From: Azolla caroliniana
Taxonomy: Eukaryota; Plantae; Polypodiophyta
Assembly (NCBI GenBank): GCA_043228905.1
Contig: JBHGNT010000002.1
Coordinates: forward strand, 12,276,001 to 12,340,000
DNA length: 64,000 nucleotides
Reading direction: 5' to 3'
The notes beneath the pieces are model-generated. The model did no database searches. It was not told where the DNA came from and saw only the letters and a program-made list of their open reading frames with translations. Positions within the stretch are counted from its first letter, which is position 1. Each line of letters begins with the position of its first letter. Shown here one piece after another: positions 48,101 to 61,284 of the stretch. A program made the position numbers and the translations under genes.

Positions 48101-48705
48101 TTTGGCAAGCTATACAATGTACGACTTGTTTCAATGCCGGGCACTCCGCAATAGAATGTACTCGGTGGCAATGAAGATCTATCGTACTCGGTCACAGTGC
48201 ATGTTATGCTATTCCAGGTCGCACACAATGGACCGATGCGAATATAACTTACTGAACCGACAAGCGGCACTGGTAAGACAAATTGATACCTGCAGCGACC
48301 AGGAAGAGGAAGAAGAACGTTGGCATCGAGACGAGAGTTACCGGCTAGTACAGGATGTCCGATACAACGACAAAAGGGACACTTATGACCGGGACCGGTA
48401 CGATAGGTACAGGGATTATAATGGTGACCGTTCTGATCGCGATCACTCTCCAAGTTACAACCGGAGGAGAGAGGATCAACAACGGGATTATGAAGATCGA
48501 CGCTGACAGGGATACAAGAACCATCGATGTTTTAATAAGAAAAGAAACACCCGAAAGGAGGAGCGTCGGGAACTGGCGAAGGAATACCCACGAGAGCCGG
48601 AGAGAGGCTTGAGTGGCATCCAGCCAGAACAAAGACGAACGGAAGAGCCTAATCGATTGACAATAGGATTTCAACCAAGTACTGGGCCAAAAGCAGAATC
48701 CAGCA

Positions 48706-51700
48706 TGTAAAAAGTAACGTGTGGAAGCAAGTATGAAGACCGAACAAAAGGAAGAAAACTCAGGTTTAATGGAGAGCTTGAGCTTACGCAGTATACGCGA
48801 GAGAGACAGAGAGAGAACACAAGGACTATATTCAACAATAATACTCAGTCTATACATAAGACGTGCTCAGTGAACACTTTTATACAAGTCCTAGAAGTAT
48901 TGACCGAAGTACTGACAGTACTTCAATGCTCATCAAGAGCTCCTACACTAACTCCCAAATATATTCCTCACGGAATATCTTTCCTAAAGACCTCTCGGTT
49001 TACGCACTCGGCCTAACCGATCGGTCCCAACCGATCCGGTCCTCGGCTTCTTCAGCCGATCCGGCTGATGTTGAGCTTGTCTCTCAACACTCCCCCTCAA
49101 GCTCAACTCGAGGCTCTTCGGGATCCTCGGGCTCACAACTCCGGTTCCTCCTGGCTTCACGCCTTGCTCGCGCTCCTCGACCTGTTCGACTCTGCGCGCT
49201 TCGACCCTTACGGTCGGCTTGTCTGCTCATGTGACCCTTATCAGCTCTTCTGCTATTGTGGTGTCGACACTTCTTCTGCTGCCTTTTCCTCTGCTTGGGC
49301 CTCGGTTGATTCAACGTGTCTGAATCAAACATCCGAACCGACTCAACTACTTCCGATCGGTTTTCTCTCTCGTCCGAGTTGGCTGTCTCCAACTCGTCTT
49401 CGGTCTTCTCGTCCTTGATTGCATCATCTCCCCCATGCGTGGTTGGCATCGGCTCTCTCCTTCGGCTGCTCCCCTTCTGTCTGCTTCCGAACTTTTCTGC
49501 GGGTCCGCCCTCGGCTTCTTCAGCCGATCCGATGTCGAACTTGTCAACCGACTCAGTGTCGCGGTGTCCGCTCCTTTCCTACTGCCTTGCTTGGTCGTTC
49601 TGGACTGTTCTCCCCCTCAAGTTCGGCACGTCAAGGTGACGCAACCCGAGCGCACCTGAGAATTGCCGCAACTTGTCCAGATGAAGCAGCTTTGTGAAGA
49701 TGTCGGCAGTCTGCCGATCCATCGGCACGTACTGAAGTTCGACTTCACCGGAAAGGACATGCTCACGGACGAAATGGTAGTGCACCTCAATGTGCTTGGT
49801 CTGTGCGTGGAAAACAGGGTTCTTCGCGAGCTGGATGCTGCTGAGGTTGTCGCAGTAGATCGTCGTCGGATCTGACACCTCCACGTGCAGGTCCTTAAGT
49901 AGCTGCTTCAACCATATGGCTTCGCATGTCGCGACAGCCGCTCCTCGGTACTTAGCTTCGGTGCTCGACAGTGCAACTGTCGGCTGCTTCTTACTGCTCC
50001 ACGCGATCGCGGCACTCCCGAGGGAGAACGCGTATCCAGACGTGGATCGGCGATCGGCGGCGTTGCCAGCCCAATCAGCATCGATGTAACCAACTAACTG
50101 CGCGGCTGTACCAGTCCGATATAGCAGTCCTCGGTCCTTAGTGCCACTTACGTATCGCAGTACGCGTTGCGCACACTGAAGGTGCTCCTCGGTAGGTCGC
50201 GCCATGAACTGATTGATCACCCCGACCGGATAACTGAGGTCGGGTCGGGTGATGGTCAAGTATATGAGGCTTCCGACAATTTGCCGGAACCTCGTCGGGT
50301 CACATAACTTTCCCGTATCGGGACGAAGCTTGATGGTTCTGTCTAGAGGAGTTGAGACGGACTTACAGTCGGCCATCCCGAGTTTGAAGAGCATACTCAG
50401 CACGTAATGACGTTGGCTGATCAATATGCCTTCGGGGGTACGGATCACTTCGATCCCGAGGAAGTAATGAAGGTCCCCCAGATCCTTCATGTCGAACGAT
50501 GCCGCAAGCTGAAGCTTCACGCGGTCGATTTCACCTAGGTCGGCGCCGGTGATGACCAAGTCATCAACATAGAGTAAAATACTAACCGGTCCGAGTCGAC
50601 CTTTCCGGATGAACAGGGAAGAGTCCGATTTTGACGTGACGAAGCCCATCCGACGCAGTTGTTGCGTGATCTTTGCGTTCCAGGCATGTGGGGCTTGCTT
50701 TAGTCCATAAAGGGACTTCTTCAGTCGGCATACTGCCGAGGAGTTCGTTCCGAAGTGAAATACGGGGGGTTGTACCATGTATACCTGTTCCTCAAGGTCA
50801 CCTTGTAGGAACGCATTCTTTACATCCATCTGATGTAAGTGCCACCCCTTGGCCGCGGCTACCGTGAGCAAAACACGGACGGTCGTCATTTTCGCTACCG
50901 GCGCAAACGTCTCATCGTAGTCGATGCCGTGTTTTTGCGTGTAGCCCTTTGCCACTAGCCGAGCCTTGTACCGGTTGACCGAGCCATCGGTGTTGTACTT
51001 GACTTTGTACACCCATCTACACCCGATCGGCTTCACACCCTTCGGTGCGTCAACCAGGTCCCAGGTCTTGTTCTCCGCCAATGCGAGCATCTCTTCCTCC
51101 ATTGCGGTGCGCCAATTCGCGTCCTTCGCCGCTTCTGCGTAGCTCTCCGGCTCACGCACTTCCGCTACACGGGTCATGTACGCATAATGATGCGCCATGT
51201 ACTCGTTGTATCCGAACCGCAAAACAGGATTCTTATGGCGGGTAGATCGGCGTAATCTCACATTAGCCGATGTCGAGGCCTTCTCAGTCGACGTGGTCTT
51301 CACCTTTAAAGACCCGTCACCAGTTTCCTCGGAGTCGGACTCGCGTCGGTCTGACTTGTTCTTATCCGTGCCGGAATCCGACACCTTCTTCTTCCCTTTC
51401 TCTTTGCGCGTAAGCCGTCTCCTCGGCCTCCTGCGCGGGGAATGCACGGCCGAGTCTCCACTACTCGCCAGCTCTTCATCGGACTGGTCGTACCGACTCA
51501 GTCGTCCAATCGGTCCACTTAAACGGAGCGAAATCGGACTCTCTTCGCGGGTCTCCATTTCGGGCTCATCCGGAGGCATCTCGGCCTTGCTGACGTCATC
51601 GTCAGAGCTCGGATTGGAGTCGAGGTTCGTAGTCGGGGGCAGGTACCAGGACGCGGACTCGTCAAACACAACGTCGCGGCTGACACGCGCTTGTTTGGTG

Positions 51701-54378
51701 CGAGGGTTATAGCACCTATAACCCTTCTGCTCGTCCGAGTAACCGACCAAGATGCATCTCTCGGCATTTGTGTCCAGCTTCCTCCTTTTCTCCTTCGGTA
51801 CATGCACATACGCAATGCTACCGAACACCCTCAAGTGTCGTAAGTTCGGCTTCGTTCCGAAGTATAGCTAGTGTGCAGACACCTTGTCTCCGATCCGGTT
51901 GTGGATGTATACCACGGTCCTTACTGCCTCGGCCCAGTAGAACTTGGGCAAGCTCTTCTCCTCCAGCATTGCCCGTGCCGCTTCCACAACTGACCGATTC
52001 TTTCTCTCGGCCACGCCATTCTGCTCTGGCGTGTATCTACAACTGAATTCGCGGCGAATTCCCATTTGTTGTAGGTAACCGTTGAATTGACCGGAAAAGT
52101 ACTCTTTTCCGCCATCCGACCGCAGGCACTTGATCTTCCGTCCTGTTTCGGCTTCCACGAACCCTTTGAGGTACCGGAAACAATCGAAGACTTCGCTCTT
52201 CCTCTCAATGAGGTAGATCCACGTGTGCCGCGTGTGGTTGTCGATGACGGAGACGAAATATCGGCTCCCGCCAAGACTAACGTTTTGTTCCAGCCCCCAT
52301 ACATCGGAGTGTATAAGGTCGAGCTTGTTCCGGCTCCGGTTTCGCTCGTTGGGGAAGGGAAGTCGGTGTTGCTTCCCCAGCTGGCAGGCTTCACAAATTT
52401 GTGCCTTTCGGCCACTAAATTTGGGCAATCCAAACACTACCAGTTTTGTTTGCAGATCTTGAAGCCGCTGGTAGTTGACGTGGCCTATTCGCTTGTGCCA
52501 CAAGTCGATGTCCGACTCGGTCTTTTGTCCCTTCGTGAACATTGCGGTGCCGCCGTCAGTGGAGTCGAGGATGAACATCCTCCCTTCTCTGCGCCCTTGC
52601 GCAATCACACGACCTTCTTCCTCAATGAAGCACTCGAGGTGTGTAAACCGAACCTCCATCCCTTGGTCGACGATCTGTCCGACTGAGACCAAGTTTTTCG
52701 TGATTGTCGGGACATGCAACACGTTCATGAGTTTCCCTTTCTGCCCGACATGGCTAAGGGGAACTTCTCCGACATTCGCGATCGAATGCGGATGGTCGTC
52801 TCCTGTTGCAACTACTCCAGGTTGTATCGGTTTTTCAAGGTACGAGAACCACTCCTTATGGCTCGTCATGTGGTTTGACGCGCCGGAGTCTACGTACCAC
52901 ACCTCGTCCGATCCCGGGGTGCTTTGTTTCATTGAGTTTGCTTCGTGTCTCATCACGAAGGCAGGCCCTTCTCCGGCTCTCCCGGAGTCTTCGGCGTAGT
53001 GCGATCGCTGCCGATATCCCTTGTCGGTATGTCTGGAGCCGTTTCCAGAACCAGTTCTCTCCGAATCGGCGCGCTTCTTCCAGCACTCACTTTCCCTGTG
53101 GCCTTTCTTGCCATAGTACCAGCACTCCGCGATGGCCTTCCCTTGCCGGTTCTCATCGCTTCGACTCCCCCTATTTTCGGAGGGTCCGGAGTTGCTATCA
53201 GCATCACTTCGGTGCCTTCTTCCTTGATCTCGTCGGCCGCCTCCATTGCGTGTCGACTCGCCTCGTCCTCCACGTCCACGGGGCCTTTCTCCCTCCGTGT
53301 ACAACATCCTGATGTCGGTGTGCGTGCTTGTAGACGCACCCGCGTGGTTCTTCTCCACCAGGAGCATTGACTGTAAGTAAAAAAATGACGGCATATTCTC
53401 TCGGGTACACACAGCCATCCGGAACGCTCCGAACTTCGACGCCAAACCTCCGAGACAGATCTGGACCATCTCGCTCTCCTCGATGTTCACCTTTATGGAG
53501 GCGAGGGAGTCGCAGATATCCTTGATCTTCGAGGTATAGTCCGCCACCGACAAGTCGCGTTGTCGTAGGTTGCTCAACTCCTGTCGGAGCTGAAGCTTCC
53601 TGGCTGTGGTGCTCACGGCGAAGATCTTCTTCAGATTTTCCCACGCATCCTTCGGCGTCTTTGCATCCCGAACATAGCTCAATAGCTGTTCGCCCACACA
53701 CGATGCGAAGCAGTATAATACCCTGCTCGCTGATTGCTCCCACGACGGGAAGTCTCTGTGTGTCGATTCAGGTGCCGCGTCATTAGCTCCTTCGACATAA
53801 CTCCAGTAGCCGTGCCCGAGCAGGTACTGGTGCATCTTGTAAGAACAAGACGCGTAGTTGGTTCTGTCGAGCTTCTCTATTGGAAGCGAGCTCGCCATGC
53901 CTCTATCCATCGTTCTTCTTGTTCTTCTTCGTCAAGCTGTGTCGGCTACAGAGAGGTTCTCAACCCTCGCACTCTGATACCATGTAAAAAGTAGCGTGCG
54001 GAAGCAAGTGTGAAGACCAAACAGAAGGAAGAAAGCTCAGGTTTAATGGAGAGCTTGAGCTTACGCAGTATACGCGGGAGAGACAGAGAGAGTGAGAGAG
54101 AGAAAACACAAGAACTATATTAAAACTCTATTCACAACTCTATACATATGTGTGTTCCATGAACACTTTTATATAAGTCCTCGAAGGATTGACCGAAGTA
54201 CTGACCGTACTTCAATGCTCTTTAAGAGCTCCTACACTAACTCCCAAATATATTCCTCACGGAATATCTTTCCTAACGGCTTCCCGGTTTACGCACTCGG
54301 CCTAACCGATCGGTTCCAACCGATCCGGTCCTCGGCTTCTTCAGCCGATCCGGCCGATGTTGAGCTTGTCTCTCAACA
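48706..54378 (-). mobile_element. Ty1/copia element E (same family as F), no matching TSD
   Basis: LTRs 48706-49089 and 53983-54378; PBS tggtatcagagt at 53982-53971; PPT 49103-49090; the flanks cagca and atagt differ. Confidence 0.9.
49579..53910 (-). pseudogene. pol: Nearly intact copia gag-pol of element E (one in-frame stop near 51868)
   Basis: ORFs 51868..53910 and 49579..51834 carry all copia domains (WYVDSGAS, HSDVWG, YKARLVAKG, YVDD, TKHIEVHYHF). Confidence 0.92.
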
Positions 54379-56175
54379 ATAGTGTCACGAAGTTCCGACA
54401 CTATTTGTTGGGCCGTAAATTTTCATTTCACGTAGACCATTCCGCACTTTTATACTTGGTCTCTAAGGCATCCCTCATAGGTAAGCTGGCCCAGTGGACA
54501 TTGCTACTATAGGAATTCGAGTTCGAAATTTATCACCGACCAGGTATACAACACGTGGTCGCCGACTATTTGAGCCGGTTAGAAACTGACGAGACCGGTG
54601 ACGGCATACCAGATGAGTTTCCGGATGCCGAACTATTTAAAATTACAACAGAAACCACGGCGGATAGTACAGTTCCGGACGAGGACAAATGGCTAGCAAA
54701 CATGCATCAGTTCTTAAGCACGGGACTACCTCCGGAAGAGATGAACAGAGACGAGCGGAAATGATTGGCGGTCCAAAGCCAACATTTTTGTTTCTTACAA
54801 GACACCCTATACCAGAAGGGAGCCGATGGAATATGGCGGAGAGCGGTGCGGTGTGATGAAAAGGCCACCATATTACGGGAAGCACATTGCGGAGTCACCG
54901 GAGGAAACTATGCCGATGAAGCTACAACAAGAAAGATATGGCGAAGTGGGCTATGGTGGCCAACGACACTGAAAGATTCGGTCTGATACACAAAGGAGTG
55001 TGATTTGTGTCAACGAATGGGCCAACCGACAGAATAGGCGCGGATGCCTCACCAGCCGGTACTACCCTTGGAACCATTTCAAAAATGGGGGCTGGATTTC
55101 GTCGGACCATTCAAGCCGCCAGCCATGCAAACCAGCAACAGATATGTCATTCTCGCTATGGATTATTGCACCAAGTGGGTAGAGGCCAAGGCTTTGCGAG
55201 ACAATACCGCGGCATCAACGACGAAGTTCCTTTACGAGTACATCTCGTGCCGTTACAGATGTCCAATCGAATTAATTAATGACTAGGGTGGACACTTCCT
55301 TGGTCAAGTAGTGGAGAGCCTAACAACGTTCTACGTGGTAGTACACAAGCGCATCACTCCATACTACCCGTAGGCCAATGGACTGGTCGAGTCCACCAAC
55401 AAGACACTACAAAACATCCTCTTGAAGATCGTCAACGAGAACCAGAACGATTGGGATACAAAGTTGCACAATGCATTATGGGCTTACCGGACGGCATATA
55501 AAACGAGCATCAAGACGACACCATTCCAGTTAGCGTTCGGACTAGAAGCGGTGATGCCGATTGAATTTCAAGTACTGAGCTTACGGATACAAACTCGAGA
55601 GCGACTAAGTGAAAAGGAATCATAGAAAATCCGATTGGCGGCAGTATGTGAGTTGGAAGAGCATCGAATAGCGAGTATCATGCAGTTGGAACTAGAGCAT
55701 CGACGAAGGAAGGCATTCGTCGATTGGCACTGAAAGGGCAATGGGAAGTTGTTCGGAATCGGCCGGTGCTCGTGTTTTAGACCCGGATGGGTAAGATGCT
55801 GGGCAAGCTATAATTCCGGTGGACCGGACCATACTGGATCACGCGAGAATTCAACGGTTCTTACCAGTTAGGCACGCTTGCCGGCGAAGTACTGGACAAA
55901 TGGGTAAATGGGTTCTGGCTTAAACCCTATTACGGGCCCATGCCATTAAACCTGTTCCATCAGGTGGAGACCGCCGCGGTAACCGAAAGCGGCACGTGTT
56001 ACCAGACAACTGGGACTAATGCTTGATTATTAAAAAAATGAAAAATAAAAAAAAACATCATGCATAGGCGAGGAGCGAACGTGCACTTTGAAAAGGTGTG
56101 TGGTTGGTGGCTAATTAAAGCCTATTTAAAAGCACACCATGTGTCAACCCACTGCTATTATAGTACACGACGTGC

Positions 56176-59100
56176 ATGCACGAGAATCAAGAAAAGGCGC
56201 CAATGCATGAGAATCAAGAGACAAGACCTCCGCCTCGTAGAGTCCCTCTCATTTCGCGAGAACAGAGCACTAAGCGCACACATGCGATTAAGAGTGATCA
56301 GATGAACGCAAGAAGAACACACAGACGTACCAATTCTACCAAGTCCCACAGACTCAGACGACAATATGGAACACATGGCACTCTTGGAAGCAGCCAAGAA
56401 ATGGTTCAAGCAACACGGGTTGGAAGGGTTCCTAAGAATCGTTTAGGCACCTCCACACAGCGAGGCGGAGAAAGTCGTGCAGGAGATCGATACGAAGGTC
56501 ATCACAGAAGAGGCCATCCTTGCCATGACTGGCTTACCGGAGGGCGGAATATTCATGATCTACAACCCTTCACCAGAGATGCTCACGAAGTTCTTCGGTG
56601 AGTAGTCCCTGGCCAGCAAGGTGTACTGCACACAAGGCAGAGAGGACGCTCTATTCCGAGAAGTTGCTCGTGTGCTTCATGAGTATGGGCATGTACACCC
56701 TCGACCCCCGGCTATGCTGAAGAACAAAGCCGGTTTTATTATAGCGACTTATGAGGGAGTATAGGTCGATTGGCTGGTTATCATCGCTGACCGTCTGAGC
56801 GCAACCATAGACTCAGTAAAGGATGGCAAGAAGATGTGGACGGAGGTGGCGCAATGGCTCACTCTTTTAGCGCCGCCGGTAGAGCCGATACAACTGAAGA
56901 AGCGGGGGAGACCGACTGAATCAACCCCCAACCAATCTTCAAAAAGGCAGCAACTCCTAGGTAAACAAGTGATCAGATGGAAAGCGACCGACTCCTCATA
57001 GACGGTGAAGGAGTAGCCTAGTCGGAAGCGTACGGTAGAGAAGGAGACACCGGTGAGACCCTTAAAAATTAAGCTACGCCGGTCGGAACAACAACAAGAG
57101 CAAGACCCCTTGGCGGCATTAATCAATAGCGGAACCCTAGAGGAGCAGGAAGAAGAACCTGCCAAGCACCTATTGCGTCACAAACAGACACGCGACGAGG
57201 GCCACAAAGGGGAGTAATCAAGTCCGATAAAGGACAGTATACCAAAGCCCCGCCTCGAGGAGCCACAGCCAAGGAAGGAGTCAAAACCGGTTCAACCATA
57301 TCCGGTGTTAGAAGCACCTATGCGGCAATAAATAGCGGAACCGGATGTTCAAAAACCGGTGATTGAATTGCCAGTGTTGCCAACGCATCAGCAATAGGAA
57401 CTGCTACTAACTACCTAGAATAGGTTCCCGGCGAGTGAGGAAGCCACACCACGACCAGAACCGGCACGACAACAAAGCACCGGCAGCCAATGGCTACGGT
57501 GGATAGGAGAACAAGTGGCTGGGGTGGTGTGCCACATAGAAGCAGAAGAAAGAGCACACATGGACTGGTTGCTCGCCACAACCGAAGAACTAGAGAAGGC
57601 TCGGTTGCGAATCTGGAGCATGGAACAAGAAATGGAAAAGACCAGAGAAGAGGCGGCTAAGCTAGTCATCGAAGGACCAAAACAATTAGAACCGGTGGCA
57701 CCGGTGAGTGTTCAGAATAATAAGACCCCAATGACTGAAACAGTCCCGTATACGAATAAGGCACAGGAACAAGAACTTGCCACGATGAAAGAAGAATTGG
57801 AAGCCCAAGAGGCCTCAAGGGCTAGAGAACGTAAATGGAAAAAGGCGGCGGAGGAAGAACAAAAGAAATTAGCCGAAAGCCTCCGACGAGCCGAAGAAAG
57901 CCTATGACCGACCAAAGGAAGTAAAAGAAAAACTCTTGCAAGAAAAGGACAAACTCCGGCGCTCGGCGGAAGTAGAGATCAAGTGACTCAAGGAAGAGCT
58001 CCGACAACAAAAGGACCGGGAAGACCGTGCTTGCTGTCTAATCAGTCAAAGGTTGAAACAAAAAACGGACGACTTTGATCGACTGCACCGGGATCACAAA
58101 CACTTGGATGCGGAACACAAGAAATTGATCACCGAAAGTGACCGACAGTAGGAGAAGTTACGGGAACTTCGAGATGAGGTTAACCGGACAACGGCGGCCC
58201 TGGCAGAGGAACAGTCAAAGGGGGCTGAAGCAGCTAAAAAACTAGCGAAAGCAACGAAGGAACGGATGGAGCTGACCCGACAACACTATGGGGGAAAGGA
58301 ACGCGCTACAATGGCTTTGAACAAAGTTCAGACTACCTATCAGACACAATTCATACATTACAAAAGCCAAGAAGCGGCAACCGAGTGCCTGGGGAGAATA
58401 AGTCGAAATGGGGTTGGGGCGAATCCGTGATCTAGTGCTGACATGGAGAAACCGGACGAAGAGACTGGTGGAAGAAAGTTTGGTTCAATGGTGGTCTAAA
58501 TGGGCTAAGCAGGCAACGGAGTTACAATTGCTGAGAGCGGATGTGGAGAACTGGAGAGAGGACGGCGACGATTTCTATATATTGAACGCGGAGAACATTG
58601 TAGCCATAGATTGACACATGCATGATATTCGTGATATTCTCCATGCGCAATATTCTCAATATTCGAGAATATGAAATTGGCTCCAAGAATATTAAAAAAC
58701 CATTTTTTTTGTAAAATAAATATGAAAAAATTAATTAATTATTTAAATAAATGTATTTCACCAAAAAAAACAATTATTCATTAATATATTATAGTGTCAA
58801 GAGAGTTTATGAAACTTATTTTAATTAATTAATTTTTTAAAAACGAATATTTTTATATTTATTATACAAATATGATTAGTATGAACTTTGAAGATATGAT
58901 TAGTTTGAAGTACTATTTTTAATGTCAAGATAAAAATATCCATAAATTTTGAGGGAATAAAAAGTGAGAAATTAATGAGCCTTTATTTTATTTATTTATT
59001 AAAAATAAAACGAATACTTATAATTATACATTTATTATAAAAATTTAGCAATGTCAAGTCCCCAAAGTCTCTATTTTATTGTCCCTATTTATTTTCAAGG

Positions 59101-59797
59101 TCCTTTTATTTTATCCTAGGAAATTAAAAAAGAGAGAGTTCTTTATTTTTATTTTTTGGGTTAAACGAATACTTGACTACCCATTTATATTCGTATTCGT
59201 TTGCATTCGAATGGGAAACCCGACGAATGCGAATATGTCAATTTATGATTGTAGCCATAAGGGAGGAATTGTCGGATGACTTCCTATAATTAGCCGGGGA
59301 ACAATTGGCAGCGGTGAGGATTGATGGAACAGTTGGACGACGACCAGCTGGATACACAACTCCAGTTCGAGCGGTATGAACGAGAACGACGAAGGAAAGA
59401 GGTGGCCAGAAGAACTGCGGCGATCAATATCAGTGATGAAGAGTAGTCTTTGGAGTAGGCACCGAATGAAGCTAGAACTAGGGGAAGCCAGCTGAACAAA
59501 ACTCCTGAGGAGCGGCCGAAGGATGAAAACCTGCACACCGAAAACCATTAGCAGGAGGAGCCCAAACCAATAGAACCGGAACCAGAAGCCTCGAGACCAG
59601 TGGAATTGGAGAGACCAGAGCAATAGGAGTAGGAGGAAGCCAAACCAACCGAACCAGAACCGGAAGCCTCAAGACAAGTGGAACCGGAGAGACCAGAGCA
59701 GCAGGAGCAGGAGCAACAGTAGACAACGGAGCAACTACCCGTTGAGCATTTAGAACTCTTGGACCAGAGCATTCTGGACATTTTGGAGGAAGATTAT
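56176..59797 (+). pseudogene. Extra ORF (ORF3) homolog in element B, degenerate and interrupted by a MITE
   Basis: Shares with ORF3 of A the blocks ITEEAILAMTGL, YRTQGRE-like, PRPPA, VDW, AQWLTLLAPP, KKRGR, QWLRW.EQ, the coiled coil and terminal QSILDILEE. Confidence 0.8.
58605..59247. mobile_element. hAT-type MITE (643 bp) inserted in ORF3 of element B
   Basis: TIRs catagattgacacatgc / gaatatgtcaatttatg; 8-bp TSD attgtagc at 58597-58604 and 59248-59255; repeated tattcg/cgaata subterminal motifs. Confidence 0.9.
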
Positions 59798-61117
59798 AGG
59801 GCGAACTGTGGGATTCAACGTACAAGGTACTGTCCCACGGGCGTGCCATGTGTTGACTGGCAAAGACTTAAAAAAGCCGGATAAAGTCCAGAATGGTAAA
59901 GGGATAATTATTTTAGAACTAGGAGTTGTCATCTATAATTATTATATTTTGAGAAGTGAACGAACGGACCCGGAATCGGTATGCCGATTCGGATCCGGAC
60001 CGGTTGGCAGTTGGCACTGGTTCGTAACCCAGAGCCGGTGAGCTATAAAAGGACCCGGTTAGATTGTAATTAGAGAGCGGTTAATTAATGAAAGTGCTAT
60101 TGTTCTACATCTTGTTTAATCTTTGAAGCTTTAGTTAATTATCGTTCTGTGCTTAATAGAATCTATCTTACGCGTGCGTGTATTACGATTATTAACCACG
60201 CCGGTTAGGAATACGTTTGTATCACTGGTCTACGCCTACCCCACTTGTACCACCCCTTTGGTGATGTCCTAGAGGGACACCCTATGTTAGGGCTAGTCCT
60301 GCCCCAAGGAGTAACACAATCAACGAAGTCGGAGCAAGTCCCGGGATAATTGAGTCTGCAACTACTGCATGAAACCCGGACATATCAAAGCCGATTGTCG
60401 TGCACTCAAGGCCAAAAATGATAAGGCTTAGCGAGCTTAGCAGAAGAGTGGCCGACACGAGGAGATCAACTATGTCGGCTCTACAGTTGAAGTATTACGA
60501 AAATGACCTAAACATACTATCAATTGAGAACCCAATCGAATCAGAAGTTTTGCTTACGACTGAAGAATCGAGCACATGGCTCTTAGACTTGGGTGCGTCC
60601 TTTCATGTGACTCCTTATCGATCGCAATTCCGGCAATACACAGCCTGACATTCCGACTCAGTACGAGTAGGAAATTCACAACACTATGACATAATTGGAA
60701 TTGGCACGATAGAGCTCAACCTTGCATGTGGCTCTACATTAGTACTACGCAATGTTCGACATGTACCTCAACTAAGCTCTCAAGAACATTGATCTTAGTC
60801 AGACAATTGGATGAAGACGACATTCGTGCTGGCTTCTCATTAGGAGGGTGGACGCTCAATAGGAGGAACCTCCTACTTGCTCGAGGATCAAAGATACACT
60901 CATTGTATCCCTTGCACATCACACTCAGAGAGGGTGACCTGTTTCTGGTTGACATCCCCGTGTCATCACTATGGCATGGACGACTCGGACACCTCAGCAA
61001 GGCCGATGTCACGCACTTATCCAGAGCCGAATACATCCCCAAACTCTCCTTCTCGGATCATCAATTCTACGAGCATTGCCAATACGGTAAACAGACAACC
61101 GCTACACACCCATCATC

Positions 61118-61225
61118 TGTCAAGAATAGTACTAAAATAGAGAGAGAATTAGTATTAGAGAAGGGAAGTACTATTAGTACTAAGAGGACGGACTGCGTAA
61201 GACTCACGAGAGAGAGATAGCAAAG

Positions 61226-61264
<39 letters not shown>

Positions 61265-61284
61265 AGAAGCGTATAGTGAACCGT
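61118..61284 (-). mobile_element. Tcn1-like LTR end inserted in copia C and itself interrupted by copia D
   Basis: Begins TGTCAAGAATAGTACTAAA, similar to 1304-1480, including the (AG)n tract. Confidence 0.7.

Larger units (their letters stand above)
46406..60316 (+). mobile_element. Non-chromovirus Ty3/gypsy element B (same family as A) with both LTRs and CAATC TSD; PR-RT region deleted
   Basis: LTRs 46406-46875 and 59851-60316; TSD caatc at 46401-46405 and 60317-60321; PBS tggcgaccac (tRNA-Arg-like) near 46883. Gag ~46930-48700, RNase H end and integrase 54379-56000, extra ORF 56176-59797. Confidence 0.92.
44927..61117 (+). mobile_element. Ty1/copia element C (5' LTR 44927-45274, gag, protease, pre-integrase), split by gypsy B and by an LTR at 61118
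   Basis: TGTTG..CCAACA LTR; PBS tggtatcaaagc at 45277. Gag (LIRRLYNLRMKE, LLMSSLPPSWE) resumes after element B with CNYCMKPGHI, WLLDLGASFHVT and LWHGRLGH. Confidence 0.85.

Noticed and set aside
61118-61284. This LTR piece as the 3' LTR of Tcn1-like element I (42780)
   Set aside because: It is in the opposite orientation and interrupts copia C, so it is a separate insertion.
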